Shown: positions 52,476-62,603 of the stretch, piece by piece | How positions within the stretch are numbered: the first letter of the stretch is position 1 | How the letters are laid out: the number at the start of each line of letters is the position of its first letter | NCBI GenBank assembly: GCA_965217185.1 | Contig: OZ244252.1 | Coordinates: 3,480,338-3,544,337 of the forward strand | Origin: an uncultured Candidatus Entotheonella sp. | GTDB lineage: Bacteria; Tectomicrobia; Entotheonellia; Entotheonellales; Entotheonellaceae | Length of the DNA stretch: 64,000 bases | Direction: 5' to 3' | Position numbers and translations under genes: made by a program | The notes under the pieces: model-generated | Databases searched by the model: none | What the model was told of the DNA's origin: nothing | Seen by the model: the letters and a program-made list of their open reading frames with translations, nothing else

Positions 52476-53525
52476 CTATCCGAATTGTTCGAGGAAGCGG
52501 AGGTCGTTGCTGAAGAAGTAGCGAATGTCGTCGATGCCGTACTTCTGCATTATGATGCGTTCCGGCCCCATGCCGAAGGCGAAGCCGCTGAAGCGCTCCG
52601 GGTCGTAACCGCCGTTGCGCAGCACGGTGGGATGCACCATGCCGGCGCCCAGGATTTCCAGCCAGCCGGTGTGCTTGCACAGGGTGCAGCCGGCGCCGTT
52701 GCAGACGATGCAATCCATGTCGACTTCAACGCTCGGCTCGGTGAAGGGGAAGTGGCTGCAGCGGAAGCGCACCTGACGCTCGGCGCCGTACATGCGACGG
52801 GCGAAGTTGACCAGAACGCCCTTCAGGTCGGCCATGGTGATGTTCTCGCCGACCGCCAGCCCCTCCACTTGGTGGAACATGATCTCCGAGCGTGCGGTGA
52901 TGGCCTCGTAGCGGTAGCACATGCCCGGCAGAATCACCCGGATGGGATCGGGATGAAATGCCTGCATGGCGCGAATCTGCCCCGGCGAGGTGTGGGTACG
53001 CAACACCACGCGCTCGTTGACGTAGAAGGTATCCCACATGTCGCGGGCGGGGTGGTAGGGCGGGATGTTGAGCAACTCGAAGTTGTAGTAGTCGCTCTCC
53101 ACCTCGCGGCTGTCGAACACCTGGAAGCCCATGTCGCCGAAAATGGCGGCGATCTCGCGCAGCGTCTGGGTGCTGGGGTGCAGTCGGCCCAGGCTCACCG
53201 GATAGCCGGGGAGAGTCACGTCGACCCGCTCCTGCGCCAGGGTCTTGACCAGCTTGGCCTGTTTAATCGCCCCAACATGTGCCTCGAAGGCCGTCTCCAG
53301 AGCGCTTTTGACTTCGTTCGATACCTGCCCGACTTGCGGCCGCTGTTCCGTCGGCAGGGTTCCGATGCCCCGCATCACCTGCGTCAACGCGCCCTTGCGG
53401 CCCAGGTAGTGCACGCGCCAGCCATCAAGCGCGGTGAGGTCGCTCACCAGCACCAGGCGCTCCAGCGCCTCCGTGTGCACCTCGCGCAACTGGTCAACCA
53501 ACGGATTCTGATCGCTCACTGGCAT
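52476..53525 (-). CDS. pheS: Phenylalanine--tRNA ligase alpha subunit
   Basis: HPARDMWDTFY, FRCSHFPFTEPSVEVD and GAGMVHP motifs. Start at MPVSDQN. Confidence 0.95.
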   Translation of the reverse strand: MPVSDQNPLVDQLREVHTEALERLVLVSDLTALDGWRVHYLGRKGALTQVMRGIGTLPTEQRPQVGQVSNEVKSALETAFEAHVGAIKQAKLVKTLAQERVDVTLPGYPVSLGRLHPSTQTLREIAAIFGDMGFQVFDSREVESDYYNFELLNIPPYHPARDMWDTFYVNERVVLRTHTSPGQIRAMQAFHPDPIRVILPGMCYRYEAITARSEIMFHQVEGLAVGENITMADLKGVLVNFARRMYGAERQVRFRCSHFPFTEPSVEVDMDCIVCNGAGCTLCKHTGWLEILGAGMVHPTVLRNGGYDPERFSGFAFGMGPERIIMQKYGIDDIRYFFSNDLRFLEQFG

Positions 53526-53685
53526 GCTGTTCTCCGGCTGTGAAACGGGGCTGTTGAGAGCGCGGCAATTATACGCTTGACCGCGGCGCCGTGACAACGC
53601 GGACTTTTGTATTCAAGGCGATACCGGGATACAATGAACCGTTTTTCGACCGCGTATCGCGCACGCTTTTCAAGGGGGAGACATC

Positions 53686-53991
53686 ATGGCTGCGGACAAT
53701 GAATCAGCCAAACTCACCTGTCCTTGCTGCCAGGCGACTCTGATGGTTGATCGCGAAACGCTGCGGATCCTGTACGCCACCGAAAACCGCGTCAAAGCCG
53801 GCGGCGCCTCCTTTGAACAATCCCTACAGGACCTGCGGGAGCGGGAGAGGCAGAAAGGCGGCCGCTTCCAGCAGGCCATAGAAGAGGAAGAGGCGCGCAA
53901 GGCTTTGCTTGGCAAGAAGTTCCAGGAACTCCGCAAAGAGGCCGACGCGACACCGACCGAGCGCCCGCTGCGCCCCTTCGACCTCGATTAG
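53686..53991 (+). CDS. Small protein with a CxxC element and a charged helical tail
   Basis: LTCPCCQATLMVD, then an E/R/K-rich helix. Function unknown. Confidence 0.5.
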   Translation: MAADNESAKLTCPCCQATLMVDRETLRILYATENRVKAGGASFEQSLQDLRERERQKGGRFQQAIEEEEARKALLGKKFQELRKEADATPTERPLRPFDLD

Positions 53992-54002
53992 AAGCCGGAC
54001 AG

Positions 54003-55178
54003 ATGACAGAGGCGTTGCAAGACATCACGGTTCTGGAAGTATCCGGGACTTCTTCCGGCAGTTTCTGCACCATGATGCTGGCCTGCATGGGCGCTGAGGT
54101 GCTGAAGATCGAAGCCCCGGACGTGGGTGAGCGGCCTATCGCCAGCGCCTACCTGGACCAAAACAAGAGAAGCCTGGGTCTGGACCTGAGCAGCGCCGCC
54201 GGTCGGGAGATCTTGCACAAACTTGCCGGCAACGCCGACGTGTTGGTGGAAAGTTTCAGACCCGGCGCCATGCAGCGGCTCAACGCCGACTACCCCATCC
54301 TCAGCCGGATCAATCCCCGTCTGGTCTATTGCTCGCTCAGCGGTTACGGCCAAACCGGCCCGTACCGCGACCTGCCGGGCGCGGACGTGACGTACCTCGC
54401 CATGAGCGGCGTGCTGGGCCTGATCGGCGAGGCCGACCGACCCCCCGCCATCCCCCTCAACCTGATCGCCGATTACGGCGGTGCCGCCATGCACGGCGCC
54501 GTCGGGATTCTGATGGCCCTGTACGCCCGCGACAACAGCGGGCGCGGTCAGCACGTGGACGTGTCGCACCTCGACGCCACCCTGTCCATGCTCGCCGCCA
54601 CCCCGCTGATGGTGCCGTTCTTCGACGGCGGCGTGCTGCCGCGGCGCGGCCAAGGGCCCTACAGCGGCCGGTACGCGTTCTACACTACGTACGAAACGCA
54701 GGACGGTAAGTTGCTGTCGGTGGGAAGCAGTGAGCCTTGGCTGTGGGGCAACCTGTGCGAGGCCCTGGGCCGACCCGATCTGTCGCGGTATTCGCGCGGC
54801 CCCGAGCATCTGACCCGCGGCCCCACACCCGAAGAAATCCAGGTGCGCGAACAACTGCAAGTCGTCTTCCGGCAGCGTAGCCGCGACGACTGGCTGGCCT
54901 ATCTGGCTGACAAAAACGTCTGCGTCAGCGCGGTCAATACCCTGTCGGAGGTCTTCGAGGATCCGCAAGTGAAGCACCGTAACATGCTTGTGCAGCATGA
55001 AGGCCCGGATGGGGAACCTGTCCGCCAAGTCGGCATGGGCATCAAGCTCAGTGACACGCCGGGCCGTTTCCGCCACTCGGCGCCGCAACCGGGGCAGCAC
55101 ACCGATGAGATTTTATCCAGCCTGGGATATGGTGAATCAGATCTGAAAAGCCTGCGCGAACAACACGTGGTGGGATAG
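54003..55178 (+). CDS. Family III CoA-transferase (CaiB/BaiF-like)
   Basis: LQDITVLEVSGTSSGSFCTMMLACMGAEVLKIE, DVLVESFRPG and the D in GGAAMHGAVGIL context. 391 aa. Confidence 0.85.
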   Translation: MTEALQDITVLEVSGTSSGSFCTMMLACMGAEVLKIEAPDVGERPIASAYLDQNKRSLGLDLSSAAGREILHKLAGNADVLVESFRPGAMQRLNADYPILSRINPRLVYCSLSGYGQTGPYRDLPGADVTYLAMSGVLGLIGEADRPPAIPLNLIADYGGAAMHGAVGILMALYARDNSGRGQHVDVSHLDATLSMLAATPLMVPFFDGGVLPRRGQGPYSGRYAFYTTYETQDGKLLSVGSSEPWLWGNLCEALGRPDLSRYSRGPEHLTRGPTPEEIQVREQLQVVFRQRSRDDWLAYLADKNVCVSAVNTLSEVFEDPQVKHRNMLVQHEGPDGEPVRQVGMGIKLSDTPGRFRHSAPQPGQHTDEILSSLGYGESDLKSLREQHVVG

Positions 55179-55197
55179 TAGCCTGACGTCGGCCCGC

Positions 55198-56565
55198 CTA
55201 CTGCTCTTCAGCGATAGCCCCCTCATCGACGAGAATCAGGACTTCGGCCAGCATGCCGGCCCGGAAGCCGGGATCGGCGTCCTCGATGGCTATCTTGACG
55301 GGGACCTTTTGCTCGCGGCGGGTGAAGAAGCGTTCAGGAGGCAGTCCCGACATTTCGGCCGCGGTGGTGGGGTTGATACGCTTCACGCGCCCGCGGTAGG
55401 GCTTGCCGCGTCCCAGGACGTGGGTGCGATAAGCGTCGATCCAGACTTCCGCCGGGCGGCCGATACGCACGCGGCTGATGTCCGATTCCCAGACGTTGGC
55501 AGTTACGTAAAGGCTCTGGGGGTCATGGATGACCATAATGGGCGGGTCGCTGGGGTCACCCTTCACCATTTCTCCGGCCTCGATCCTGTTGTAGCCGACA
55601 ATGCCGTCGCTGGGGCTGCGTAAAATCGTTCTGGAGAGCTTCAGTTCGAGGGCCTGCACCCGCGCCTTCGCCTCCTCGTGCCGCGCCTCCAGAACCTTTA
55701 ACCGCTGCTGACCCAACCCTGCAAGACGCAACTCGGTGCGCGTCAGACCCAGTTCCGCACGATGCTCTTCGACTTGCGCCGCGGCGCCCTGGGCGTCCTT
55801 TTCGTGCACCCGGATCATTTCCGGTGAATCTCCCGTCGGGTAATGCTGCTGCGCCTGCCGCACTTGCTCCTGTGCCACCGACAACCGCGCCTGCTCGCGT
55901 TCGAAGGTCACGAGCGCGGCGTCCAGGCGCTCCTGCGGCACAATCCCCTCCTCAAACAGGCTGCGGGCACGTCCGAGCGCCATTTCCGTTTCGCGCAGAG
56001 CGGCCTTCTGCTCCCGCAGCCGCGCGCGGGCGGCCTCCAGACCGGCCTGCTGTTCGGCTACCATCTTGGCAATGCGGTCGCGCTGCACGTCGAGCAGCAC
56101 TTGGGCGCGCTGAACGGCCTGCTGGCTGATTTCCAACGTGGCCTCGGCACGATTCACCCTGAGTCCAGCCTGCTCGATGATCAACGGCAGTTCGAGTCGC
56201 AATTCCTCCACCTGCTGCGCGATACCCTCGGCAATGGCCTCCGCCTGGCGCAGTTCCGTGAGCACGTCGTCCTGGTCCAGACGCACCAGCACCTGATCCT
56301 TACTCACTCTGTCGCCCTCGGTGACCAGAACCTCCAGCACTCTGGCGGTTACCACCGGGGTGATGGCGTAGGAGTCCATTCTGACCTGCGCGTCGTTGGT
56401 GTACACATTCACCAAGCGGTCCAGGAGAAGGAATTCCTGCAAGGCCAAGCGGGAAAACCAGATCGCCCCGATAATCAGGACAACTGCGGCCATGAGCAGA
56501 TACGGCCGCCCCAAAACGCGGCGAATGGCTCCCACCGCGGCAAATTGCCGACCTCCCGCCCTCAT
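55198..56565 (-). CDS. HlyD-family membrane fusion protein
   Basis: N-terminal TM helix, a long coiled coil (Q/E/A/R-rich) and flanking beta-barrel/lipoyl-like segments. Confidence 0.8.
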   Translation of the reverse strand: MRAGGRQFAAVGAIRRVLGRPYLLMAAVVLIIGAIWFSRLALQEFLLLDRLVNVYTNDAQVRMDSYAITPVVTARVLEVLVTEGDRVSKDQVLVRLDQDDVLTELRQAEAIAEGIAQQVEELRLELPLIIEQAGLRVNRAEATLEISQQAVQRAQVLLDVQRDRIAKMVAEQQAGLEAARARLREQKAALRETEMALGRARSLFEEGIVPQERLDAALVTFEREQARLSVAQEQVRQAQQHYPTGDSPEMIRVHEKDAQGAAAQVEEHRAELGLTRTELRLAGLGQQRLKVLEARHEEAKARVQALELKLSRTILRSPSDGIVGYNRIEAGEMVKGDPSDPPIMVIHDPQSLYVTANVWESDISRVRIGRPAEVWIDAYRTHVLGRGKPYRGRVKRINPTTAAEMSGLPPERFFTRREQKVPVKIAIEDADPGFRAGMLAEVLILVDEGAIAEEQ

Positions 56566-56627
56566 ACCCGTCCCCCTGTCTCGCCCGCTCGGCGGCGGCC
56601 TCTCGTCATCAGTCCAATACTTCCTTG

Positions 56628-56855
56628 TTAATCCAAACCATGTTCGTCTTCTTCGTCATCGTCGATGTCCTCAGGGGTGGCGCGCACCAAGAAATAGATC
56701 ACCGTAACCAGTCCGGCCACGAAGGCAAGGGCGCCAAACAGCAGGAAGAACATGCCGCCCAAATGCATGTGCCCGCCGTTGGCGTGTACGGGCTGAGAGA
56801 AAATGAGAAGCAGGAAGAGGCCGATGATGGCACTGCTTTTGGCGTCGAACCCCAC
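56628..56855 (-). CDS. Small membrane protein with an acidic tail (75 aa)
   Basis: Two hydrophobic helices and a DIDDDEEDEHGLD tail. Directly upstream of the HlyD gene on the same strand. Confidence 0.4.
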   Translation of the reverse strand: MGFDAKSSAIIGLFLLLIFSQPVHANGGHMHLGGMFFLLFGALAFVAGLVTVIYFLVRATPEDIDDDEEDEHGLD

Positions 56856-56870
56856 GGCACCTGCCCCCGG

Positions 56871-57161
56871 CTACACGGCATCCCCGGCAATGTTCTGCGT
56901 TTCTTCCTCCTCGGGCGGGCCGAACTGAATGAGGTTGCGGAGTCCGATAATGTAGCCAAAGGCAACAATGTGGGAGAGCAGCGTCACCAATAAGCCGGCG
57001 TAGGTCAGCACCATGTGGGTCAGCGGCGAGGTGTCCTGCACGCGGATGGTCACGTCGGTAACGAGTCCCAAAAAAACCAGCACCAACGAGGCCAACATCA
57101 GCAAGACGATGAAGATCACACCGTTCCTCACGACAGGGTGGAATTGGAGGCAAGAAGGCAC
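56871..57161 (-). CDS. Small polytopic membrane protein (96 aa)
   Basis: Two or three hydrophobic helices. Same strand, upstream of the previous gene. Confidence 0.4.
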   Translation of the reverse strand: MPSCLQFHPVVRNGVIFIVLLMLASLVLVFLGLVTDVTIRVQDTSPLTHMVLTYAGLLVTLLSHIVAFGYIIGLRNLIQFGPPEEEETQNIAGDAV

Positions 57162-57296
57162 GAAGCGCTGCTTCTGACGTGTACGCCACTATATCACGAC
57201 GGCGAGCGGCTATTCAATCGACAGCGGCGCGCAAAGCCTTGACCTACATTGCGTAATAGCCCCGCGCAAGGAGTGGGAGGCATTGGGGAAGCAGTC

Positions 57297-58520
57297 TTAC
57301 AAGGCGGCCAGTTCCCGCGTCTCGTCAGCAAATGCCGCGGGATCGGTCACCGGACGCCGCTGCGCGATACGCTCACGGGCAGCCTGCAGAAGGTCAGGCT
57401 TGCCGTTGATGAAGAGGGCCGCTTGCAGGAAACCATCGGCGAAGTAGAACTGCGCGAACCCGGGTTCCAGGCTCAGGGGGCCGCGCCGCACGCACTGCTG
57501 GCGGACGCTCATATCGCCGATGACATCGATGTGCAGGGCGCCCATGTGGGAGAAGAAATAGGGCAGTTCCGTGTAGGCAAGATGGGCGCCGGCCATGTTC
57601 GCGCCAGCCGTGCGGCCGTGCTGCAGCGCCACGTCGTAGTGTTCAACGCGCAGATGGCGCCCCAGGGTCGGGCTGTAATAGCGCGCGATGTCACCGGCGG
57701 CGTAAATCGCATCCGCCGCCTCAAGGTATTCGTTCACCACCACACCGTTATCGACGTTGAGCCCGGCAGCAGCAGCCAGTTCGGTGTTTGGGGCAATACC
57801 CACCCCGATGACCACCACGTCCGCTTCGATATCTTCGCCGCCGTTCGTGACCACCCGCTCGACACGGCCCTGCGCGCCGACGAATTGCGCCGCTGCCGTA
57901 TCGATGCGCAGCGTGACGCCCTGTTGGCTCAGGAACGAAGTGATGAAGGCGCTGGTTTCGGCGTCGAGCACCAGACTCAACGGCGCCAGGGTGACTTCGA
58001 TCAGGGTCGTCTGCAAACCCGATTGGGCGAACGCGGTTGCCACCTCGCAACCAATAAAACCGCCGCCTACCACGACCGCCCGCCGCGCATTGGCCATGGC
58101 GGCTCGCAAGGCGTCAGAATCCTCAAGGGTGCGAAGATAATAGATGCCGTCCAGGTCGGCACCCGTTATCGACAACCGGCGCGGACGCCCTCCGGTGGCC
58201 AGCAACAGCTTCTCAAATCCCACCTCGCTGCCATCGTCGAGCGTGACGGTGCGCGTGCCCACGTCCACCGCCGTCACCGACTGCCCCAGAAATTGTTCCA
58301 CCCGGTGGCGCTGGTAGAATCGCGGCCGGCGGAGGAATACGTCCTCGCGCTCCATACGGCCCAGCAAGTAGTCCTTCGATAACGGCACACGATCATAGGG
58401 CAGGTGGATCTCAGTACCGATCAACACTAAACGCCCCGTCTTGTCGCGGCGACGAATGGCGTCAATGGCCGCGGTGGCTGCCAAGCCGCCGCCGATGATG
58501 ACGTACGGAATCCGTTCCAC
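57297..58520 (-). CDS. FAD/NAD(P)-dependent pyridine nucleotide-disulfide oxidoreductase (ferredoxin-reductase/AIF-like)
   Basis: YVIIGGGLAATAA (FAD GxGxxA) and AVVVGGGFIGCEVA (NAD). A GTG start at 58520 with an upstream AAGGA RBS is inferred. Confidence 0.8.
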   Translation of the reverse strand: MERIPYVIIGGGLAATAAIDAIRRRDKTGRLVLIGTEIHLPYDRVPLSKDYLLGRMEREDVFLRRPRFYQRHRVEQFLGQSVTAVDVGTRTVTLDDGSEVGFEKLLLATGGRPRRLSITGADLDGIYYLRTLEDSDALRAAMANARRAVVVGGGFIGCEVATAFAQSGLQTTLIEVTLAPLSLVLDAETSAFITSFLSQQGVTLRIDTAAAQFVGAQGRVERVVTNGGEDIEADVVVIGVGIAPNTELAAAAGLNVDNGVVVNEYLEAADAIYAAGDIARYYSPTLGRHLRVEHYDVALQHGRTAGANMAGAHLAYTELPYFFSHMGALHIDVIGDMSVRQQCVRRGPLSLEPGFAQFYFADGFLQAALFINGKPDLLQAARERIAQRRPVTDPAAFADETRELAAL

Positions 58521-58649
58521 AGGGACGTTCCTTTGCACTGGAGTGTTGGAATCGCTCGACGAGGTGAGCCTGTACCATACGCAGCAGGCCGAAAACGTGT
58601 CAATATCGCCCCTGCAAATTCGCCCGTTCAAGTCTGTCTGGACATGCTA

Positions 58650-59155
58650 GCCGGGATAGGCTAGAGTGCACCGCACAAACACGGCAGATTTCCATCTATC
58701 CTACACGCCCAGTATTGAGCCAACGCCATAACGATCTTACCCTACACAGCCACTTCAAAATAGATGTTTATGGCTGGCAAGCAATCCTGTCATGCACGTC
58801 GTCTATCATGATAGACTCATGTTTATAGATGAAGAACTATAAACGCATGTTGCAATTGGATGTCCACAACCATATTACTGATGAATACTGATCAGATAAT
58901 TGAAATACGATAAGACGTAGATCCATATTTGTTGTGTTCCCCTTGTACGTAGTCCCGCGAAACCCTCACAATATCTGGAACTTTTGTACATAATTTGCTA
59001 ATTTTGTCGTTCATAAAGTTTTTCACAACCTGTGGAAAAGCTCAGAGTCATAACGTGCCGCCTTGGGATGGTTATTGACAAAATATCTATGTCGGAATAT
59101 ATAGGCGTGTTTCGTACCTGCACGGGAAGGAAGGCGACTGTATAGGGGTATCACG
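58650..59155. other. AT-rich non-coding region upstream of dnaA; putative chromosomal origin (oriC)
   Basis: It is the longest AT-rich non-coding stretch of the window. DnaA-box-like 9-mers: TGTGGAAAA (59031-59039, 8/9 to TGTGGATAA), TTTTTCACA (59019-59027) and ATGTCCACA (58859-58867). There is a 16-bp palindrome at 58801-58816 and an AT-rich run at 58975-59020. Confidence 0.5.
59075..59103 (+). promoter_or_regulatory. Candidate dnaA promoter
   Basis: TTGACA (59075-59080), a 17-nt spacer, then TATATA (59098-59103). Confidence 0.4.
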
Positions 59156-60547
59156 TTGAGCGAGAAGCTATTGGCCGAGAACGAAGCGGGCCATATAGAT
59201 AGACGTCGTAATGATGACGCGGAAATAATCTGGCTCAAGGTGCTGCAAATTGTTCGCGAGCATGTGGACGATACCAAATTCAGCACTTGGTTCAAGCCAC
59301 TTTACCTGCTCTCGGGCTCAAGCGGCATGTTGCGTGTGGCAGCCCCCAACAAATTCGTTCGCGACTGGGTTCTTGAGCACTACCACGGTCTTCTCGTTGA
59401 CTTGTTACAGCAGATCACTGGTATTCCCTATCAGGTTTTTATCGTTGTGGGCGAACCAAAGGCCGAGCCTGCCTCGCAACCGGAGCCGGCGGCCGAGGTG
59501 GTCATGCCGCCCAGCGCCAGCAGCGGATACGCGCAGTTCAATTCCCGCTTTACCTTTGAAACGTTTGTCGTCGGCTCAAGCAATCAGTTTACGCAAGCCG
59601 CTTGCCTTGCGGTGTCGCGGCACCCGGCGGGCACTTACAATCCCCTCTTCATATACGGCGACGTTGGCTTGGGCAAAACCCACTTGTTGCACGCCATTGG
59701 CCACTACGTTCAACAGCATCATCCACATTTAGTGACCTGCTACGTTTCATCCGAAAAATTCCTCAATGATCTCGTTGGTGCACTAAGCCATGACAAGATG
59801 GAGGATTTCCGCAATCGTTACCGTAGAAACGACGTGATCCTCGTTGATGACGTACAGTTTCTCATCGGCAAGGAGCGCACCCAGGAAGAGTTTTTTCACA
59901 CCTTCAACGTGCTGTTCAACGCCAATAAGCAGATCGTGCTGACCAGCGACAAACTGCCGAAGGCCATGACCGGACTGGAAAAACGTCTGCAGTCCCGCTT
60001 CGAGTGGGGTCTGGTAACCGATCTGCAACCGCCGGACCTGGAAACCAAGATCGCCATCCTCAAGAGGAAGGCGGAGTACCGGCAGTTGGAATTGCCCGAT
60101 GAGGTGGTATTGTACATCGCCCGCCTGATTCGCAGCGATGCGCGCAAGCTCGAGGGCGCGCTCACCACGGTGGAGGCATTCGCATCCATTACCGGACAGG
60201 AGATTACTCTCGGACTAGCCAAGAGCCTGCTCGGCGACTTGGCGGAGGGAGAAGACAGGCCAATCACGATCGCTGAAATCGAGCGCGTCGTCGCGGATCA
60301 CTATCACGTCAAGACTGCCTTGCTGCGCTCGAAAAGGCGCCATAAGGACATCGCGCACGCCCGCCATGTTGCCATGTACCTGACACGTCAACTGACCGAC
60401 GCATCGCTACCGCACATCGGCAAGACGTTTGGCGACCGCGATCACACCTCGGTCATACACGCCTGTAATAAAATAAAAGGGATGCTAAAGGAAAACTGGA
60501 ATTTCCAGGAGGAAGTCGAGCAACTCATTCGCGTGCTACAGAGTTAG
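59156..60547 (+). CDS. dnaA: Chromosomal replication initiator DnaA
   Basis: FETFVVGSSNQF, LFIYGDVGLGKTHLLHAIG (Walker A), and the domain IV motif HTSVIHACNKI. A TTG start is inferred. Confidence 0.95.
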   Translation: MSEKLLAENEAGHIDRRRNDDAEIIWLKVLQIVREHVDDTKFSTWFKPLYLLSGSSGMLRVAAPNKFVRDWVLEHYHGLLVDLLQQITGIPYQVFIVVGEPKAEPASQPEPAAEVVMPPSASSGYAQFNSRFTFETFVVGSSNQFTQAACLAVSRHPAGTYNPLFIYGDVGLGKTHLLHAIGHYVQQHHPHLVTCYVSSEKFLNDLVGALSHDKMEDFRNRYRRNDVILVDDVQFLIGKERTQEEFFHTFNVLFNANKQIVLTSDKLPKAMTGLEKRLQSRFEWGLVTDLQPPDLETKIAILKRKAEYRQLELPDEVVLYIARLIRSDARKLEGALTTVEAFASITGQEITLGLAKSLLGDLAEGEDRPITIAEIERVVADHYHVKTALLRSKRRHKDIAHARHVAMYLTRQLTDASLPHIGKTFGDRDHTSVIHACNKIKGMLKENWNFQEEVEQLIRVLQS

Positions 60548-60572
60548 AGTAGGGGGTCACGGACAAGCAGAC

Positions 60573-61253
60573 ATGTCGAAATCACGAATCAGATTTACAG
60601 GCGTGGATTACGGTCTGCTGGTGTGCATGGACTGGGAGGTGCCCCTGTCACAGCTCCTGGTCGAGGTGGAGGAACACATCCAGAAATCGCCCTCTTTTTT
60701 TGCCGACGCGAAGGTGTTTCTTGAAGTGGACACGCGGCCGGTTCTACAACACGAAATGGAACAACTCGGTGTGGTTCTGTTACGCCACGGACTGACCCTA
60801 CAGGGCGTCGTTTCCGCTGCCAGCAGGGTTGAGGGTATCAGCCGGCCCCAGCCCGCGCCGGAACAACCCAAGGTGATCACGCCAATCATTAACGAAAAAG
60901 AGGCCATGGTGGTTGAACATCGAACCGTGCGTTCCGGCGAGAAGGTTGCCTCCGAAGGCCATCTCATCATCATGGGCGATGTCAACCCCGGGGCCGAGGT
61001 CATCGCCGAAAATAACATCATCGTTTGGGGTTCCCTCAAGGGTACGGCCTACGCCGGCGTGCCCAATCACGAGGACGCCGTGATTGCTGCGCTGCACCTC
61101 TCTCCCATTCAATTGCGAATCGCCGGATACATTGCTCGGTCGCCTGATGTGCGACCGGTGACGACAGCGGTTCCCGAGTTGGCGCGCATCGACCAGAACG
61201 AAATCGTGGTCGAATCCTGGGAGCGAGGCCGAGTCTCTCTAAAAAGGGGATAG
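60573..61253 (+). CDS. minC: Septum site-determining protein MinC
   Basis: C-terminal beta-helix motif GHLIIMGDVNPGAEVIAENNIIVWGSLKGTAYAG. Followed by minD. Confidence 0.85.
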   Translation: MSKSRIRFTGVDYGLLVCMDWEVPLSQLLVEVEEHIQKSPSFFADAKVFLEVDTRPVLQHEMEQLGVVLLRHGLTLQGVVSAASRVEGISRPQPAPEQPKVITPIINEKEAMVVEHRTVRSGEKVASEGHLIIMGDVNPGAEVIAENNIIVWGSLKGTAYAGVPNHEDAVIAALHLSPIQLRIAGYIARSPDVRPVTTAVPELARIDQNEIVVESWERGRVSLKRG

Positions 61254-61256
61254 TCT

Positions 61257-62057
61257 GTGGCGGGACGAGTAATCACCATAACTTCCGGCAAGGGAGGGGT
61301 TGGCAAAACCACTCTGAGTGCCAACGTCAGCGCAGCGCTTGCAAAGCTCGGCAAAAAGACGATCGCGGTGGATACGGATGTGGGGCTGCGTAATCTGGAC
61401 ATCGTCATGGGCTTGGAAAATCGCATCGTCTTCGACCTGGTCGACGTGGTGGAGGGGCGTTGCGACCTTTCAAAGGCCTGTATCCGCGACAGGCGCATCC
61501 CCTCTCTACAGTTGCTACCGGCAGCCCAAACACGTGACAAGACTGCGGTGAGCCCAAATGCTATGCGCAAGGTTTGCGACGATCTGCGGTCGCTTTGCGA
61601 CTACGTCATCATTGACTCGCCAGCGGGTATCGAAGGCGGTTTCGAAACAGCCACTATCGGTGCTGATAACGTCATCATCGTCGTGACGCCGCACGTCTCA
61701 TCGGTCCGCGATGCCGACCGCGTCATCGGATTGCTGGAGTCGCGCGACAAACAAGATATTCACCTCGTGATCAACCGCTTGGAGCCGGAAATGGTGCGCA
61801 GCGGCGACATGCTCGACATCAACGACGTAATGGAAATTCTGGCAGTCGACCTCTTGGGCATCGTTCCTGAGGATAAATACATCGTTGTGTCCAGCAACCG
61901 CGGCGAGCTGGCCACCCTGAACCCTGCCGAGTCACCAGCTGGTCAGGAGTATCAGAACATCGCACGGCGCATGCTGGGTGAGGAGGTGCCGTTTATGACG
62001 ATCGACGACAAGTCGAATGTGTTTCAACGGCTGTTTAGCATGTTCAAAAGCAAATAA
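61257..62057 (+). CDS. minD: Septum site-determining ATPase MinD
   Basis: ITSGKGGVGKTT (deviant Walker A) and a C-terminal amphipathic helix FQRLFSMFKSK. Confidence 0.95.
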   Translation: MAGRVITITSGKGGVGKTTLSANVSAALAKLGKKTIAVDTDVGLRNLDIVMGLENRIVFDLVDVVEGRCDLSKACIRDRRIPSLQLLPAAQTRDKTAVSPNAMRKVCDDLRSLCDYVIIDSPAGIEGGFETATIGADNVIIVVTPHVSSVRDADRVIGLLESRDKQDIHLVINRLEPEMVRSGDMLDINDVMEILAVDLLGIVPEDKYIVVSSNRGELATLNPAESPAGQEYQNIARRMLGEEVPFMTIDDKSNVFQRLFSMFKSK

Positions 62058-62092
62058 CCCGCCACCCGGACACCTCCTGAAAAGGGGCCACC

Positions 62093-62440
62093 GTGAAAAA
62101 ACTCATCAGCAAGATATTTGGGTTCGACCTGTCGGAGGACGATGCTCCCCACCCGAGCAAGCAGGCAGCGCGAGAGCGCTTGAAATTGGCTTTGACGTAC
62201 GACCGCGCAAGCATCGGATACAACGCCCTGGAACAACTGCGTGACGAAATCATCCAGGTAATTGCCAAACACCTGGATCTCGACCAGGAAGACATCTCCA
62301 TCCAACTCGACCGTACCATGGATCAGGACAAGCTGATCGCCAGCATTCCACTTCGTATCAACACTCGACCGCACGATTCAACATCACCCGCCACCATGAA
62401 GACCGTGCCGTCCCCTTCCGTGCGGCGTCGCCGGCGTTAG
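62093..62440 (+). CDS. minE: Cell division topological specificity factor MinE (with a C-terminal extension)
   Basis: SKQAARERLKLALTYDR...LRDEIIQVIAKHL pattern. It follows minD. GTG start. Confidence 0.8.
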   Translation: MKKLISKIFGFDLSEDDAPHPSKQAARERLKLALTYDRASIGYNALEQLRDEIIQVIAKHLDLDQEDISIQLDRTMDQDKLIASIPLRINTRPHDSTSPATMKTVPSPSVRRRRR

Positions 62441-62472
62441 GACCAACCCGCCAAAATAACTTTGCCCGCCTA

Positions 62473-62530
62473 TTGACACATGCTAATATGGGCAGTATGC
62501 TCATTTGTGCATTATCTGTCTGATAGACAG
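62473..62530 (+). promoter_or_regulatory. Candidate lexA promoter plus an SOS-box-like palindrome
   Basis: TTGACA (62473-62478), a 17-nt spacer, then TATGCT (62496-62501). CTGTCTGATAGACAG (CTGT-N7-ACAG) lies at 62516-62530. Confidence 0.35.
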
Positions 62531-62603
62531 AGATGCCTGTGCAACATACGGGGAAAAGGAACCTCCCCAATCCCTAATGGCAATGTCAACAGCGGAGCAG
62601 ATT

